Source of the DNA: Schizochytrium sp. TIO01
Taxonomy: Eukaryota > Protista > Bigyra: Labyrinthulomycetes
NCBI GenBank assembly: GCA_004764695.1
Contig: SMSO01000031.1
Location: 7,112,761 to 7,176,760 of the forward strand
Length of the DNA stretch: 64,000 bases
Direction of reading: 5' to 3'
Each line of letters opens with the position of its first letter. Positions within the stretch are counted from its first letter, which is position 1. Under the pieces are notes generated by a model that was not told the DNA's origin, ran no database searches, and saw only the letters and a program-made list of their open reading frames with translations. The translations under genes and the position numbers were made by a program. Positions 36,243-48,122 of the stretch are shown one piece after another.

Positions 36243-39011
36243 ATGGAGCGTGTGGCAATATTTTCGATGCTGACGCAGAGTGATGGCTCAGAGGTAGAAA
36301 GCTATTGGAAATCACTTGTTATCAGCAGCTTGCTGGGCATTCGTGAGCACTGTGATACAGACAACGTAATTGTGGAGGTCCGAGATACGGTTGGATCAGC
36401 AGCACCTGCTATTGAGGAATTTTTACAAAGTGAACTGCAGGAGGATGGGGGCATTGACGTTATTGTGGGACCTGCCCTGTCAGCTGTGGCAGTGCCTTTG
36501 TCTACGCTCGCAGGAGTACGCGGTGTGCCTATCATCTCGTACAGCGCCACGTCTCGCGACCTTAGCCCAGATAACCTATTTGCAAGAGTTCTCCCCTCCG
36601 ATGCAGAGACAACGCAAGTGCTCTGCCAGCTATTTTCAGATGTGGATATTCAGAATGTTGCTTTGATCTTTGTTGATGACGATTACGGCACTGCATATCG
36701 AGACTCACTTATTAAAGCTTGTGATGATATTGGTATTGAGGTATACGCCACAAGTTTTCAGCAAGACTCTGAATCTTCTGTTACTTTCGCAATGGACTTT
36801 GTTACCTCTCGCAAATTGAATATTGTTGTTACTGTCTCTTTTTCACAGTCCTTACCAACCATATTTAAGCATGCTGGACCTGATCACGTTTTTATTGGAA
36901 GTGATGCTGTTACGCTTGAGGGTTTGGACGAATTTATACAAATGGACCCTGAAAACAACGCTAAGTTTGTAGAAAACCATGTACTACGGGTACAGGCAAC
37001 GGGCGCAAACCATGGTTCCCTTTTCGAAGACTTTTCGGGTCGCTGGCTGACCTTGGCTAATGACGAAAACACTTTACAATACCTCAATGATTATATGGAC
37101 TCTGTAAACGTCTCACATGTGGACGCGGCTTTTTTCAATAATACCGTAGAGAACATGTCACTCTATATTCCTTTTGCATATGATGCAAGTTGGTCAGTAT
37201 GTGATACTCTTCGAAACTATAGTGATGTTCTTGCAGATATTGACACAAAAACACAACGTGGCGCGGCACTATGGGACGCAATAGTGTCGAACGACTTCGA
37301 GGGTGTATCTGGATATATTCATATTGACCCAGAAACGGGTACTCGAGACGTTGCCTCGTCAAACTTTGTCATAGAGCGTTTTCGTAGCGATCCGGTCACA
37401 GCTTACTCAACAGCCATGTATTCTGAGGGCAATTGGACCATAGATAATGATACATTTCTCAGCCTTCCGCCGGATGTGACTGTAAATACGCAGAACAACT
37501 ACATACATCCAACAGCGAAAATAATTCTGGTTGTTTTGGCGGTCCTACTCATTTGCTGGACAATCTTTCTAATCGGCTTTACCTGGGTGAAGCGACGTAC
37601 CCGTATCATGTCCCGGGCCCAGCCCACAATATTGATGCTTTTCCTTGTTGGTGTAGTCCTGTCCTCCTGTAGTTTATTCTTCATTGGAGTTGAGGACCTC
37701 GAAACGGACCTTGGTCAGGAGTTTCAGAACTTTTCGTGCATGGCACTCTACTGGTCGTGGAGCGTTGGTACTGTGCTGACTTTTGGAGCCTTGACTGCTA
37801 AGCTCTACCGAATATATCGCATTTTTCATAACAGAGCTCTAAAAAGAATTCGCATTACTAACATGCATCTTTATGGTGCGATTGTCGGGATTGTTGCTCT
37901 TGATGTTGTGATTCTTACAATTTGGTCATCTGTCTCTCCTCTACAGTGGGAGCGCACTATCGAAGCGACAGATATATTTGGAAACGCAATCATTACATAT
38001 GGAAGCTGCACTTCCGAGCAGGAAAATGTTTTCTTAGCACTCTTGCTCAGTTACACCTTTCTCCTTTTTCTCACTGGTGCAGTGTTTTCCTTTATGGTTC
38101 GTAATACTCCTTCAGAGTTCCAGGAGAGCACACATATTGTTATCAGCCTCGTTTCTCAAGTGCAGTTATATTGCTTGGGTTTCTTAATTCTTTTCATTTT
38201 CCCGCATGATAATTCGGACGCCCGATTCATTGTCATGTCAATTGTCATTTTCTTCAACAATCTCCTGATCACTCTCGTTATATATGTACCGAAGTTTCTA
38301 GCTTTGCATAATAACACTGATCGAGCTAACTCAATCAATACGTACTCTCGGTCTACGCCTGTTCAGCAACAGCGCGTCGGTCCCTCTTCACACCACCAGT
38401 TGCTCAGTTCTGCTCTTTCAGACCCCCCACGGTCCGAAATCCCCTCGGGCTCAAGTTATCCTCAACTCGACTTGCGTCGGTTTCCGTCTAGCATCGATGT
38501 ACAGAATCGCCGAGACGCATCCGTTCAGGTTAAGTTGTGTAACGATGGTCACTTTGAAAGTGAGTGCTATATTGGGGCTGTGCACCATCTCAGCTGTTCT
38601 TCATCGCTTATGGAGAGCCCTGATGAAAGTGAAATTGCCGAAGATGAGAAAGCGTTACTTGGAGAATTTACTGCCGATCATCCTGCGCATGCACTTGATC
38701 ATGGAACAGAGCCACTTTCTAGCGTCACGATGCACAGCCACGATGATGATGACAATGAGGCTGATGCCGACCCTTGTAAACATGGTGAGCGTGACGTTGA
38801 GGAGGATTCTCATGGCGGCGGCAGTTTTTCTCGAAGTCATCAAGAAACCCGGCAAGCAACAGCGTCCACTGGGAGCAGTGCTACCACTGGTGAAGTGCAT
38901 GATAGCCCTTACCATTCTGATGATGGGGGTGAAGTGAGTCGAAATCTCAACAACGTGAATAGCCAGCAAGACAACGTCGACGATGATTCTGTTTTTCTGA
39001 CTATTACATAA
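36243..39011 (+). CDS. Class C GPCR, GABA-B-receptor-like (Venus flytrap + 7TM)
   Basis: VIVGPALSAVA, PIISYSATS, FARVLPSD, DDDYG, FEGVSG; 7TM with AKLYRIYRIF, PSEFQES and YVPKF; no cysteine-rich domain. First ATG at 36243; the true N-terminus is uncertain. Confidence 0.92.
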   Translation: MERVAIFSMLTQSDGSEVESYWKSLVISSLLGIREHCDTDNVIVEVRDTVGSAAPAIEEFLQSELQEDGGIDVIVGPALSAVAVPLSTLAGVRGVPIISYSATSRDLSPDNLFARVLPSDAETTQVLCQLFSDVDIQNVALIFVDDDYGTAYRDSLIKACDDIGIEVYATSFQQDSESSVTFAMDFVTSRKLNIVVTVSFSQSLPTIFKHAGPDHVFIGSDAVTLEGLDEFIQMDPENNAKFVENHVLRVQATGANHGSLFEDFSGRWLTLANDENTLQYLNDYMDSVNVSHVDAAFFNNTVENMSLYIPFAYDASWSVCDTLRNYSDVLADIDTKTQRGAALWDAIVSNDFEGVSGYIHIDPETGTRDVASSNFVIERFRSDPVTAYSTAMYSEGNWTIDNDTFLSLPPDVTVNTQNNYIHPTAKIILVVLAVLLICWTIFLIGFTWVKRRTRIMSRAQPTILMLFLVGVVLSSCSLFFIGVEDLETDLGQEFQNFSCMALYWSWSVGTVLTFGALTAKLYRIYRIFHNRALKRIRITNMHLYGAIVGIVALDVVILTIWSSVSPLQWERTIEATDIFGNAIITYGSCTSEQENVFLALLLSYTFLLFLTGAVFSFMVRNTPSEFQESTHIVISLVSQVQLYCLGFLILFIFPHDNSDARFIVMSIVIFFNNLLITLVIYVPKFLALHNNTDRANSINTYSRSTPVQQQRVGPSSHHQLLSSALSDPPRSEIPSGSSYPQLDLRRFPSSIDVQNRRDASVQVKLCNDGHFESECYIGAVHHLSCSSSLMESPDESEIAEDEKALLGEFTADHPAHALDHGTEPLSSVTMHSHDDDDNEADADPCKHGERDVEEDSHGGGSFSRSHQETRQATASTGSSATTGEVHDSPYHSDDGGEVSRNLNNVNSQQDNVDDDSVFLTIT

Positions 39012-39810
39012 TTTTGTACTCCTTTCTATTCTATAAAATTCCTATGTTTCCTCTGTGTTTTACCACTGTAGTTATCTTTTTCAACGTTGCCCTATCGATT
39101 TTTGAAGTGAAATTGACGACATGCACCATACGTTCTTATATCTAATTTTGTACCTGGGAACATTGGCATCAACTTTTAAGACTCGTAACTTCGTTTTCAG
39201 ATTGCCAGGAGCGGAACTTTAGATTATTCAGAGAAAAGCACTTGACCGAGAATTTAGTTGAAGAACGAAAAAATACAGCATCAAAATTAAGCATTAGCGT
39301 GCCATGGTGGTAAACCACTAAATGGGTCAAGGAAATCGCAATATCCTCTGGCTTGAACGAATAATTTATGCCTATTAGGATGATACTACCAACCAGTAAT
39401 CAAATCAAAACATTGCGATAACTTAAGAAAATAGTAGCTGCAGTCTCAGACATTTGAGATTGCACAGGGCGAGATAAACTCATGGGAAGAGGTTTTCAGA
39501 AGGTGTTGAATGTTATCACAGATGCAAATGAGTGAAAGGAAGAGGAAAGAACAGCAAGATTAAACCCAAGATCCTTCCCTTGGTGCAGGGAGGAAAGAGT
39601 GGTGACAGATGCACGATATAGAAGATGTAGTTGTAGGAAATGTAAAAAAATGGTGGGTCATGGAGAACAAAACTGTTTGCTTTCATATTTTTGGGGTTTT
39701 TTTGTTTGCTTGTATATTGTAAATCATGTTTCCAATATGCCTAAATACCGACTGGGGATTACTACATCCGTGCCAGAAATGGTACGTTTGCGATAGAGAA
39801 ACAGACACAC

Positions 39811-40290
39811 TTAGTCGGACTCCTTGTAGTCAGTGATGACCTCAGACTCCATGGCCTTGGTCACGGTGACCTGGACCTCCTTGCCGTTGGCAATAGCGGC
39901 ACGGATCTTCTCACCGAGGGTGGGGTCCGGGGAGTTCTCGTCGGGGCAGCGGAGATCCTCACGGGTCTCGCCGTTCTCCTCCATGAGGGAGGCGAAGCCA
40001 TCCTCGGAAACATCGAGAAGGTCGTAGGTGGTGACGGTCACGAAGGGAGCGGTCATGTTGTGGGAAGTCGGGGAGATATCGACCTTCTTGGCACCGGTGA
40101 AGATATCGGTACCGGTGATGTTGGCCTTGGCGTGACCGTGCTTGCCGGTCTTGGAGGTGGTGACCTCGATGACCTTGCAGGGGAAGCCCTTGAGGAGGAC
40201 AATCATGCCCTTCTTGACCTCACCAGCACGGATGGGGTACGTCTTCTCGGACACCTCGCCGGCGGCCTCGAACGTGTCAACTTCAGCCAT
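39811..40290 (-). CDS. EIF5A: Eukaryotic translation initiation factor 5A
   Basis: SKTGKHGHAK hypusination motif, 159 aa, strong codon bias. Confidence 0.99.
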   Translation of the reverse strand: MAEVDTFEAAGEVSEKTYPIRAGEVKKGMIVLLKGFPCKVIEVTTSKTGKHGHAKANITGTDIFTGAKKVDISPTSHNMTAPFVTVTTYDLLDVSEDGFASLMEENGETREDLRCPDENSPDPTLGEKIRAAIANGKEVQVTVTKAMESEVITDYKESD

Positions 40291-40327
40291 TTTTGATAAG
40301 TTTTGGGACTCGACGATCTACGTAAAT

Positions 40328-41064
40328 CTGTTTTGTTCGCAAAAATCAATGAAGTTCACGGTTAGTTTCTTGTCATTTTCATGTGATAGACAATATAAAC
40401 ACCTCCCTTGCATATATATTCGCCTCGCCTCGCCTGCACGTTCTCATTCCGTTTTGGTTCTGTCCTCGTTCCTTTCCAAGATCATTCTCCTACTCTGCAG
40501 AGACTGTGCCGGCACTCCCCGGATTCTTCAATCCTCCCTTCGTCATTCCTCCATCGTTACTCCCTCGAAATCCTCTTCATCGCACAGGGCAGCACCTGAT
40601 CAATACTCCGTATCAGTCAGGAGAAGAAAGAGAGGAAACTGACAATAAAAGAGAGAGGAAGAGAAGAAGAGAAACCAGCGTGATTAATAAAAAAAGTCAA
40701 TCAATCACTCGATCCAGAGAACCTCCCGACACGCTCCAGGATCGGGCGCCGCGAGCCACGTGACCGGTCTCTGCTAGCCAGTGCTGGTTCCATAGTGCTA
40801 GCCGTCAAGAGAGTAGCAAAGCCGCAAGCTCGCAGACCACAGACAGCTAACTGATTTAGAAAGAAAGAGAGAGACGAACAGAGAGACAAGCGAAGAAGCT
40901 GAGGCCGCCTCGTCTCCATGCGGCATCCCGCCCATGAAGCGACCGCACGGCAGGGCCAGAAAGCCGCGAGCCCCAGCACGTAAGAATATGCACGACCACG
41001 AGGCCGCACAGCGCCGCCAGGGGAGCCGCAGGCCCCGCCCAAGCGAGCTCGTCGTCGCACGTAC
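40328..41064 (-). other. Probable 5-prime UTR intron of eIF5A
   Basis: Minus strand: donor CAG|GTACGT at 41064, branch point ACTAAC near 40361-40366, acceptor AACAG at 40328, 38 nt before the ATG. Confidence 0.5.
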
Positions 41065-41146
41065 CTGATGAACCTGGTGGATGTGAGTCTGCTCGAGATG
41101 AGGCGCCCTGAAAAGAAGAATACATGTTTGTGTGGCGGCGAAAGTG

Positions 41147-41288
41147 CACCTTAATCCTGCCTGGTCGTGCAGAAAAAAGCCCTCCTTATTATATGGCCAA
41201 CCGCGGCCGGTGGTAGGTATATTAAGGCGCATCTGATTAAAAGCCACCTTAATCGCCATCCTCCGCCTCAAGGAGGGTGATTAAGGCG
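41147..41288. promoter_or_regulatory. Cluster of GATTAAGG(C/T)G-like motifs upstream of eIF5A
   Basis: CACCTTAATC at 41147 and 41245, TATTAAGGCG at 41220, GATTAAAAG at 41235, GATTAAGGCG at 41279. Confidence 0.4.
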
Positions 41289-44200
41289 GTTTTGCGCGGG
41301 AAATGGGTGGCTTTTGTTGCGCTTGGACAGAGATGATGGGTCTCCTATAGCATGGATGAAACACTGCGGCAATCTGAGGGAGGGACCCGGGGCCCTCTGG
41401 AGATTAGCAGTGTGTGGGGCTGCTCCCTCTCTGGGTAGATTTCCTGAAAATGGGATGCTGTGGGGGAGAGGGACAAAAGCTCTGCAGACACACCAGGCGC
41501 ACCTTTTTAACCAGGAGATGTGGTGAGGAAGAGTGTTGCACAAATGAGATGTGGCACTACCTCTACTGTCACTGATATAAATTGTAAGCTGTGGGAGAAT
41601 ACTTCATATTGAGACAAGGTACTTGCGAAGGACTTGGAAGGAAAGGAGTTTTAGTTTTAGTTTTTGTTTTTACTTTTATTTTTTGTTTCTATTTTACAAA
41701 AAACAAAAGGTACTCATATGTTGACTACATAAATGAAACTTGCGATCGACTCCTTACTACAAGTTTAGCACATCTCCGCAAAATACAATAAAGAAACCAA
41801 CAAACAAAGCAGAAAGAGAAGCCGCCGTACTGCTATTGCCTGGTAGCCGACTTCTACACATGAGGGGCTCGCTCTCAGTTGGTCAGTTAATATTACGCTG
41901 TCATTATTTTGCTAATTCTTTGAGTCATCATGATTGATCAATTTCCACAATTCAATTATAATCATAATCATAAGAAGACTGAAGTCAAGCTCAGTTAGTT
42001 AGTTATTTATTCCCTCAGAACCGCCTCGTGCGCGGCACTGAGGGCGCCGAAAACGTCGTCCAGAGCGACATCGCTGAGGAGGAGGCGATCGGCGGGCCAG
42101 TCAGCCGCAGACAGACCAGTGCTGCCACCAGAGAGGCAGCCAAAGAGGGAAAAGCAAACCTCAAGAAGCAGCGCAAACCCAACGACGATGGTGCATGCAT
42201 CCATCACCGTCATAGACAAATAAACAAAATAAACAAAATAAACAAAGTAAACAAAGTAAACAAAATGAGCAATCAAAATATACTACAAAATAAACAATCA
42301 AATAAAGGAAAAGAGTGTTCCTTCTCACTCAAACAAACACTGACAGCGCCAATCTAGCTAGGAGTACCTAGGCACCCACTAGGCCTTATGGATGGGAGAA
42401 AATGCGCTCAGTTCTGTAGGACCCACGTAGGCCCTTACTATGGCTTCTTCCGCTTTGAAGGTCCTCTTGTTTGCAAACAAACAGTTGCAAGCAAGTGTCT
42501 GCTAATGGTGGTGCCATTCTCATCACAGCTTGCAATTCTTTGATTTCAAGACCATCGGCCACTCACTGCTGATGATGATGAGCATCACCATCGTCATGTC
42601 ATGTCATGTATCGCAGCGATCGTGGTGGGATCCACGATGGGCGGAAGAGGGAAGGAGCTACCTGAGTTTCCACCAGTGAGCACTTCTTCTGTCTCTTATT
42701 CACACTGTATACAAAACTCTGTTATGCATGTCAATGTCAATGGATATTGCGGTAGAAAGAGTAGAGCATTATTGTATCAAAGAGTGCAACAACAGAAGCT
42801 TCTACTTCGTGAGAATAAGCCGCAACTGGCAGTTTGCTAATACTGCTGTAGTTGCAGTGCTTTCTACCCATTGATTTTGATTTGCGAAATGCAATACACA
42901 CATTGATTGGGCAGGTGGCCAACTGGACAGCTGATTCCTGGCTCTTAGCTCTTACCCAGAAATCGAAACCACTGCCTGGGAGCCGACCTTCTCAGCCATT
43001 CATTACAAGCTTGGATTCGTGACAGCTTTTCGCGATGGGGTGATCGAATAAGTCTCAAAAGGACCTAATCATGTCTCGAAAACAGTGCCCAGAGGGGAAT
43101 GGGGACAGGCCCCCTAATTCTCCTCTGCCGCGCCCTTTCTCTTTCCTTGGCTTCTTGAACGTGCAAAGGTCCAAACTCTTAGGGTAAATGGTAGATAATC
43201 TCTCACTTCGATATGCTTTATTATTTCTTTCTTTCTTTGTTTCTTTCTTTCAAGTTCTTCCGAGTCCCTTCTCTTTGAGCAGGTTGAAAAAAATGAACCA
43301 TCAATCAAGAAATTGAGAATCAATTGAAGATGGAATGTCAGACTCGCCCGAAACTCGCCAAAAGAGCAAGGCCTGCACAGCCTACCCACGAACCCGATGA
43401 TCAACTTATCCACCAATTGGATGCTCGCTGCCGCTTTAAAAGCGAGAGCTTCGTGTTCTTGGTTCCTGGTTCTTAGTTCTTCTTTTCCTTCGTCTTTGTC
43501 TCCCTATATCTTGAACAAAGGTTAAATCATCGGGTGTGGCCTTTACGACGACGAGAGCCATCGTGACTTTGATCTGGGGACTCGGATAGTATCAGCAACA
43601 GCAACAGCGAAGTCTCCAAGTTTCTTTCAGCTTTCGTGGATGAGGTCTCAGCCGTTGTTAGGATTATTACGATCGTTATTGCGATTCCTCGATCTCGTCA
43701 GTGGCCTCTGCAGGCGAGTTGGCAGTCAGTCAGTCCACTGAGTGCCTGCTGTCAATTGGCGATTTTCATGCGCCCTCATTCGAAACAGATCAGTATCGCA
43801 CGTGCACAGTAGGTATGTAAGTAGGTAGGCAGGTACCTGGATACATCATGAGTATCGTGGAGCCGTGAACATGACGGCATCGATCAGGACTTGGACAACG
43901 AGAGCCTTAAAGATGCCAGAACTAAGTTGGTAGGTAGGTGCCTCCAAGGTAGTAGCCACTAGGTAGGTAGGTGCCTGCCTATACCTTCCCCAATTCAAGA
44001 CCATCACGAGCGCTTGTTTTTGACTGACTCTCACGTGGGCGCGCGAAGTCTTCGGGAACTTTTCTGAGCGCTACTATCCGATCATAGATGGAGTTGGCGA
44101 CGAATGAGTGTGGATTGCGGACCTTGAACTTGTATTGCAATCAGCAACGCAGTGACGACAAGCGGGCTATAGTAGAAAATGCCAACACGTGCCGAGTTTT

Positions 44201-45764
44201 AAAGCTCTATATAACATAGGATTGCTACACGCGGCACGTGAAACACGTGCTTGGTCAATCGCCCTACAGGGGGCAACTTCGACCACGTCATTTGTGCACT
44301 CCCTCGCCGACACTTGAAGCACTTGGCAGATGACGTGGGGGGTGCAGTCCTGTCATCAGTCGCGCGAACGCAGTTCTCGTATTCTGACAGAGCAGCCACG
44401 TCCATGCTCGAAGCAAAAACGTCAAACCGTCGCAGCAATATTCGGTATCATAACCAACGGCATCTTCAGCCTAGGAACTAGAGTTACAAAGGATTAGCAC
44501 AGTTATCTATATATAGTCATCAACAGATGGAAGAGCCGTCCAAGGTGAAGATCGTGCTAGCTAGACATGCATGGACGATGATGCCCATAACTTGAAGCAG
44601 TCTAGCTAGAGAGATTCCAAAGATGGCTGTTGCCTCACCATAACGGATGCAGTAACAACTCACGAGTGACGTTCAATAGGCTGCCTGCCCCCTGAGGCAT
44701 GGTAGGGGCAAGTTGGAGAGTTGCGGCGGCCGCAGAAGTGTCGGCCCACTCAGTCATCAAGCAGTCAGGGAGGCGGCCTGGAGTAATCGAGCGACTCTGG
44801 AAGAGGGGTTTCCTAATATCATGAATCAAGGTGTGCGATTGGAAATCAATTACTGGCTGCCTCTGACTCTTGGTCGGTATTATTTGGTTTAAGGCTGTGC
44901 AATCACACTACAACGTTACGGATTATTGCCATGAAAGCCCATGAAGCTTGATTTCTGCGATGCGATTGAGTTTTTCTGCGATGCAAAAGTTGGTTAGCAC
45001 GCGGAATCTTCTTATCTTTTTCTTCAACTTTTAACACACTACAAGGCTTCACTCTTTTTTTTAATAATCCCTTTGTTTCTCTGTTTTTCTCCTATGATTT
45101 GAGGATGACATTTGAGAATTGAATGAGCAATCCCAATCCTTCTTTTGGCCTACGTTAGCGGTGCGCAATGCCTACGAATAACACAAAGAAAAAGGTGATA
45201 CACATGAAGTTGAGCTTGTGCCTCGATTTAAGGTTGCCAGAGCATGTTTTTTGATATCCTTCTTGTTTAAGCTAAACTAAGAGGTATGTGTATTCAAGTT
45301 ATTTACAACGGCAGCCGCCAACACTATCTCTTCTATTATTTTTTTGGTTTGAATAATACTACTCAAGCCTAAAGATTATGAATGATTACCTCTTACTAGT
45401 CTTCGAGATTATGTATACCTGAGTACTTGGTTGCTTCGAGTTGAACGTACACAATCACTGGTGGTCGCAAATTCTAGATTCTTCAATCTGAAATGCACTT
45501 CATTTTGATCGCCGTTCTGTTCAATCTATATTTTAGGAAGTTACATTTATTGCCCTTGACTGCTTGCTTCAAATAGCAAGAAGGCCAACAGAATGTTACC
45601 ACCTCAGCATTCCCGACATACCTGAATTTTGACAGCGTCATAAGAAAATATCGAGCAGACTTGTCTTGATTCTGGCTTTCTTTGATGTTCAATTGTAAGT
45701 CTGCAATCTTGCAAAACCATACAGGGAAGCAAAAGTAAATTAGAGAAAAAAAACTATTATGTCA

Positions 45765-48122
45765 CTATTCATTTTCGTCTTCAGAAGAAGAGAAAGTCAA
45801 CGCAGAGCATGATGTTGATGGACGCGGTAAAGCAGTGACAAATGATAGCATAGTATCTTCATTAGAAATGTGTCCTTCCTGCTGATGCTGCTGTTGATGC
45901 TGCTGTTGATGTTGATGCTGTTGATGCTGTTGTGGTTGTTGCTGCCGTTGATGCTGTTGTGGTTGTTGATGCTGTTGATGCTGTTGTGGTTGTTGCTGTT
46001 GTTGACGATGACGATGAAGAAGATGATGATGATGATACGACTCTTCATCAGATATTTGCCCTATCCAAGACTCTGTTTTTTCTTGTTGTTCTGCATCAAC
46101 AAGTTGCGGATATTTCTGTGACGCCATGACCTCCTCTTGCTCAGCAGAACGATAGTGTAGCGTGAGTTGATGAATGGTTTCATCTCGATCATGCAGCTCA
46201 GTTCGCAGGTCTGAGATAACATTTTCTAGGAGCCTAGCCTGACGCAGGGCTGCTAGAGCTCGTTCGGCAGTCTTTTCAGCACGTTCTCTATCTTCACGGA
46301 GAACATTGTTTGCTTCACAGAGCCTTGTTACCTGCCGTTGTAATGATAGGGAGTCTGTATCCTCGCTTCTTTGATGCCTTTTGGCCATTTGCTCCCGCAA
46401 ATCACGGATCTCTAATACTGCTTCTTGCCGAAGTGCTTCAGTGCGCGAAAGCTTAGCCCTAGCGTCATTTAGCTGCTCCGTGAGCTCCACACGAACTGCA
46501 TCTGCTTCTGCTCGAGCGCCGGCAATGGAATCCTCCGCTTGAAAGGCACGGTTCTCTGCATGCTTGAGTTTCGCACGCAGGCTTCCCGCTGTGTGGCGCA
46601 GGACATCTTCATTATCTACGATCATTTTCTCTTTGTCGCGAAGGGCAGAATCTTTGACCTGGATTTGCCGCTTGATTAATTCAGTATCAAGTTTAGCCTG
46701 ATGCCAAGCCTCCCGCATCGCCGCGTGTGCCTCGCGCTCTGCCTCTAGGTTCAAACTTAACTCCCGTGTTTGCTCGCGCAAGGCACGAGCGGCTTCGTGT
46801 GCATCGGTTTCTAATTTTGCCATTAACTCGTCTTTGTCTTTACGTAACTGCACCACCTCATCCTCAAGAATTCGTCGCATGCGATCTGAGTCTTCTAAAA
46901 GAGATTGACTACGACTAAACTGCAGTTTCATGTGTTCCGCACGCGCCCGTGTGTCGTCTAGCTTATCTTGTAAAAGTCGGCATCTTTTCCCCAGATGCTC
47001 TTCCCGTTCTTTGCGTGTTTCTAAGCCTCTGATGGTCATACCAAACTTACGATTACGTGCTTCAAGAGCTCGGATTTCACGGAGTAGTCCCTCTCGCTCC
47101 GCTTCGAAGCACTTTTGTACTGCTTTGGTGGCTCGTCCTAGGTTCATGCGACTAAGATGAGATTCTTTTCGATGTTGTGCCCCAGTGGGCGTCTCAGCAT
47201 GGCGGCGAAGTTGTGACCCCCACATCGCTGAGAACCTTGCTGCCACCATTTGGAGCTCCATGCTTACATCTAAACTTCTTCGTAGCAAGCCATGCACGTC
47301 TTGCTCAGCAACGTCAGGGTGCTCGGTTTGCTCGCTCATAAGAGACTTTGAGAGCTCTGCGCATGCCTGAACACGTCCCAGGATTTCTTCAAGCTCTTCG
47401 TCAAGTTCGTGCTGTTCCTCCTGACCTAAATTATCAGTGGTAGTCACAAGCTGTGTTGTTATTTGCTTGGTTTGGCGTGCTTTGTGCTCCTCTCCGCGTG
47501 CGGAGCCTAGACTTGACCTACTTAATTTACCTGGTGAGGAGTACATTGCTGTAGATTTGACTTCAACATTAGACCTTGTATCTTCCTCAATCTCATGAGT
47601 AATGCTAGAGTCTCGTGTGACCGAGTTCTCTTGTCTTGCCATTCTGAGCGCTGTTGGGCTTTGTAAGGCCTCATCACGACTATAATCTGAGCGTTTTTCA
47701 AAATTGTCATGACCCAAGTTCTCTCGCAAAATCTCATCGACAACCTGGCTAAAGGGCTCTCCATTGGCATAATCTGTGTCACCATTCACTTCCAAGCTAC
47801 GCGGCAATCCTCCATTAAAACCAGATTTACCTCTCATCGCTGTGTCCAAGTTCCTTTCGGCCCTGGCGCTTCCATTGTGGCTTTTGTCACTCCTAGAGAC
47901 CGCCAGCTCCTCGACCTCGCGGAAGCCATCTGCATTCCAGAACTCGCTATGGTTCCCTCTACTAGCCTCTGCTGAAGACCCTCCACGAACCCCAGAAAAT
48001 ATTTTAGGGTCTCTTTCAGTACCTTGCTCGTACGGATCGCCGGGCTCCATGGCGCTCCCGAGCACGACGAAGGCGCTCTGCTCATGGACTTTCTTCCTTC
48101 CTCCTTGTACCGTGCAATGCAA
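45765..48122 (-). CDS. Long coiled-coil protein with His/Gln-rich C-terminus
   Basis: 785-aa ORF; disordered N-terminus, ~330 aa of heptad-like E/R/L/A sequence, QQPQQHQ repeats. The start could be MEPGD (~48050). Confidence 0.85.
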   Translation of the reverse strand: MHCTVQGGRKKVHEQSAFVVLGSAMEPGDPYEQGTERDPKIFSGVRGGSSAEASRGNHSEFWNADGFREVEELAVSRSDKSHNGSARAERNLDTAMRGKSGFNGGLPRSLEVNGDTDYANGEPFSQVVDEILRENLGHDNFEKRSDYSRDEALQSPTALRMARQENSVTRDSSITHEIEEDTRSNVEVKSTAMYSSPGKLSRSSLGSARGEEHKARQTKQITTQLVTTTDNLGQEEQHELDEELEEILGRVQACAELSKSLMSEQTEHPDVAEQDVHGLLRRSLDVSMELQMVAARFSAMWGSQLRRHAETPTGAQHRKESHLSRMNLGRATKAVQKCFEAEREGLLREIRALEARNRKFGMTIRGLETRKEREEHLGKRCRLLQDKLDDTRARAEHMKLQFSRSQSLLEDSDRMRRILEDEVVQLRKDKDELMAKLETDAHEAARALREQTRELSLNLEAEREAHAAMREAWHQAKLDTELIKRQIQVKDSALRDKEKMIVDNEDVLRHTAGSLRAKLKHAENRAFQAEDSIAGARAEADAVRVELTEQLNDARAKLSRTEALRQEAVLEIRDLREQMAKRHQRSEDTDSLSLQRQVTRLCEANNVLREDRERAEKTAERALAALRQARLLENVISDLRTELHDRDETIHQLTLHYRSAEQEEVMASQKYPQLVDAEQQEKTESWIGQISDEESYHHHHLLHRHRQQQQQPQQHQQHQQPQQHQRQQQPQQHQQHQHQQQHQQQHQQEGHISNEDTMLSFVTALPRPSTSCSALTFSSSEDENE

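Noticed and set aside
44199-44481. FDHVICALP (flavin oxidase-like) on + and CxxC...HVFH (RING-like) on -
   Set aside because: Short, mutually exclusive motif resemblances with no supporting flanking sequence.
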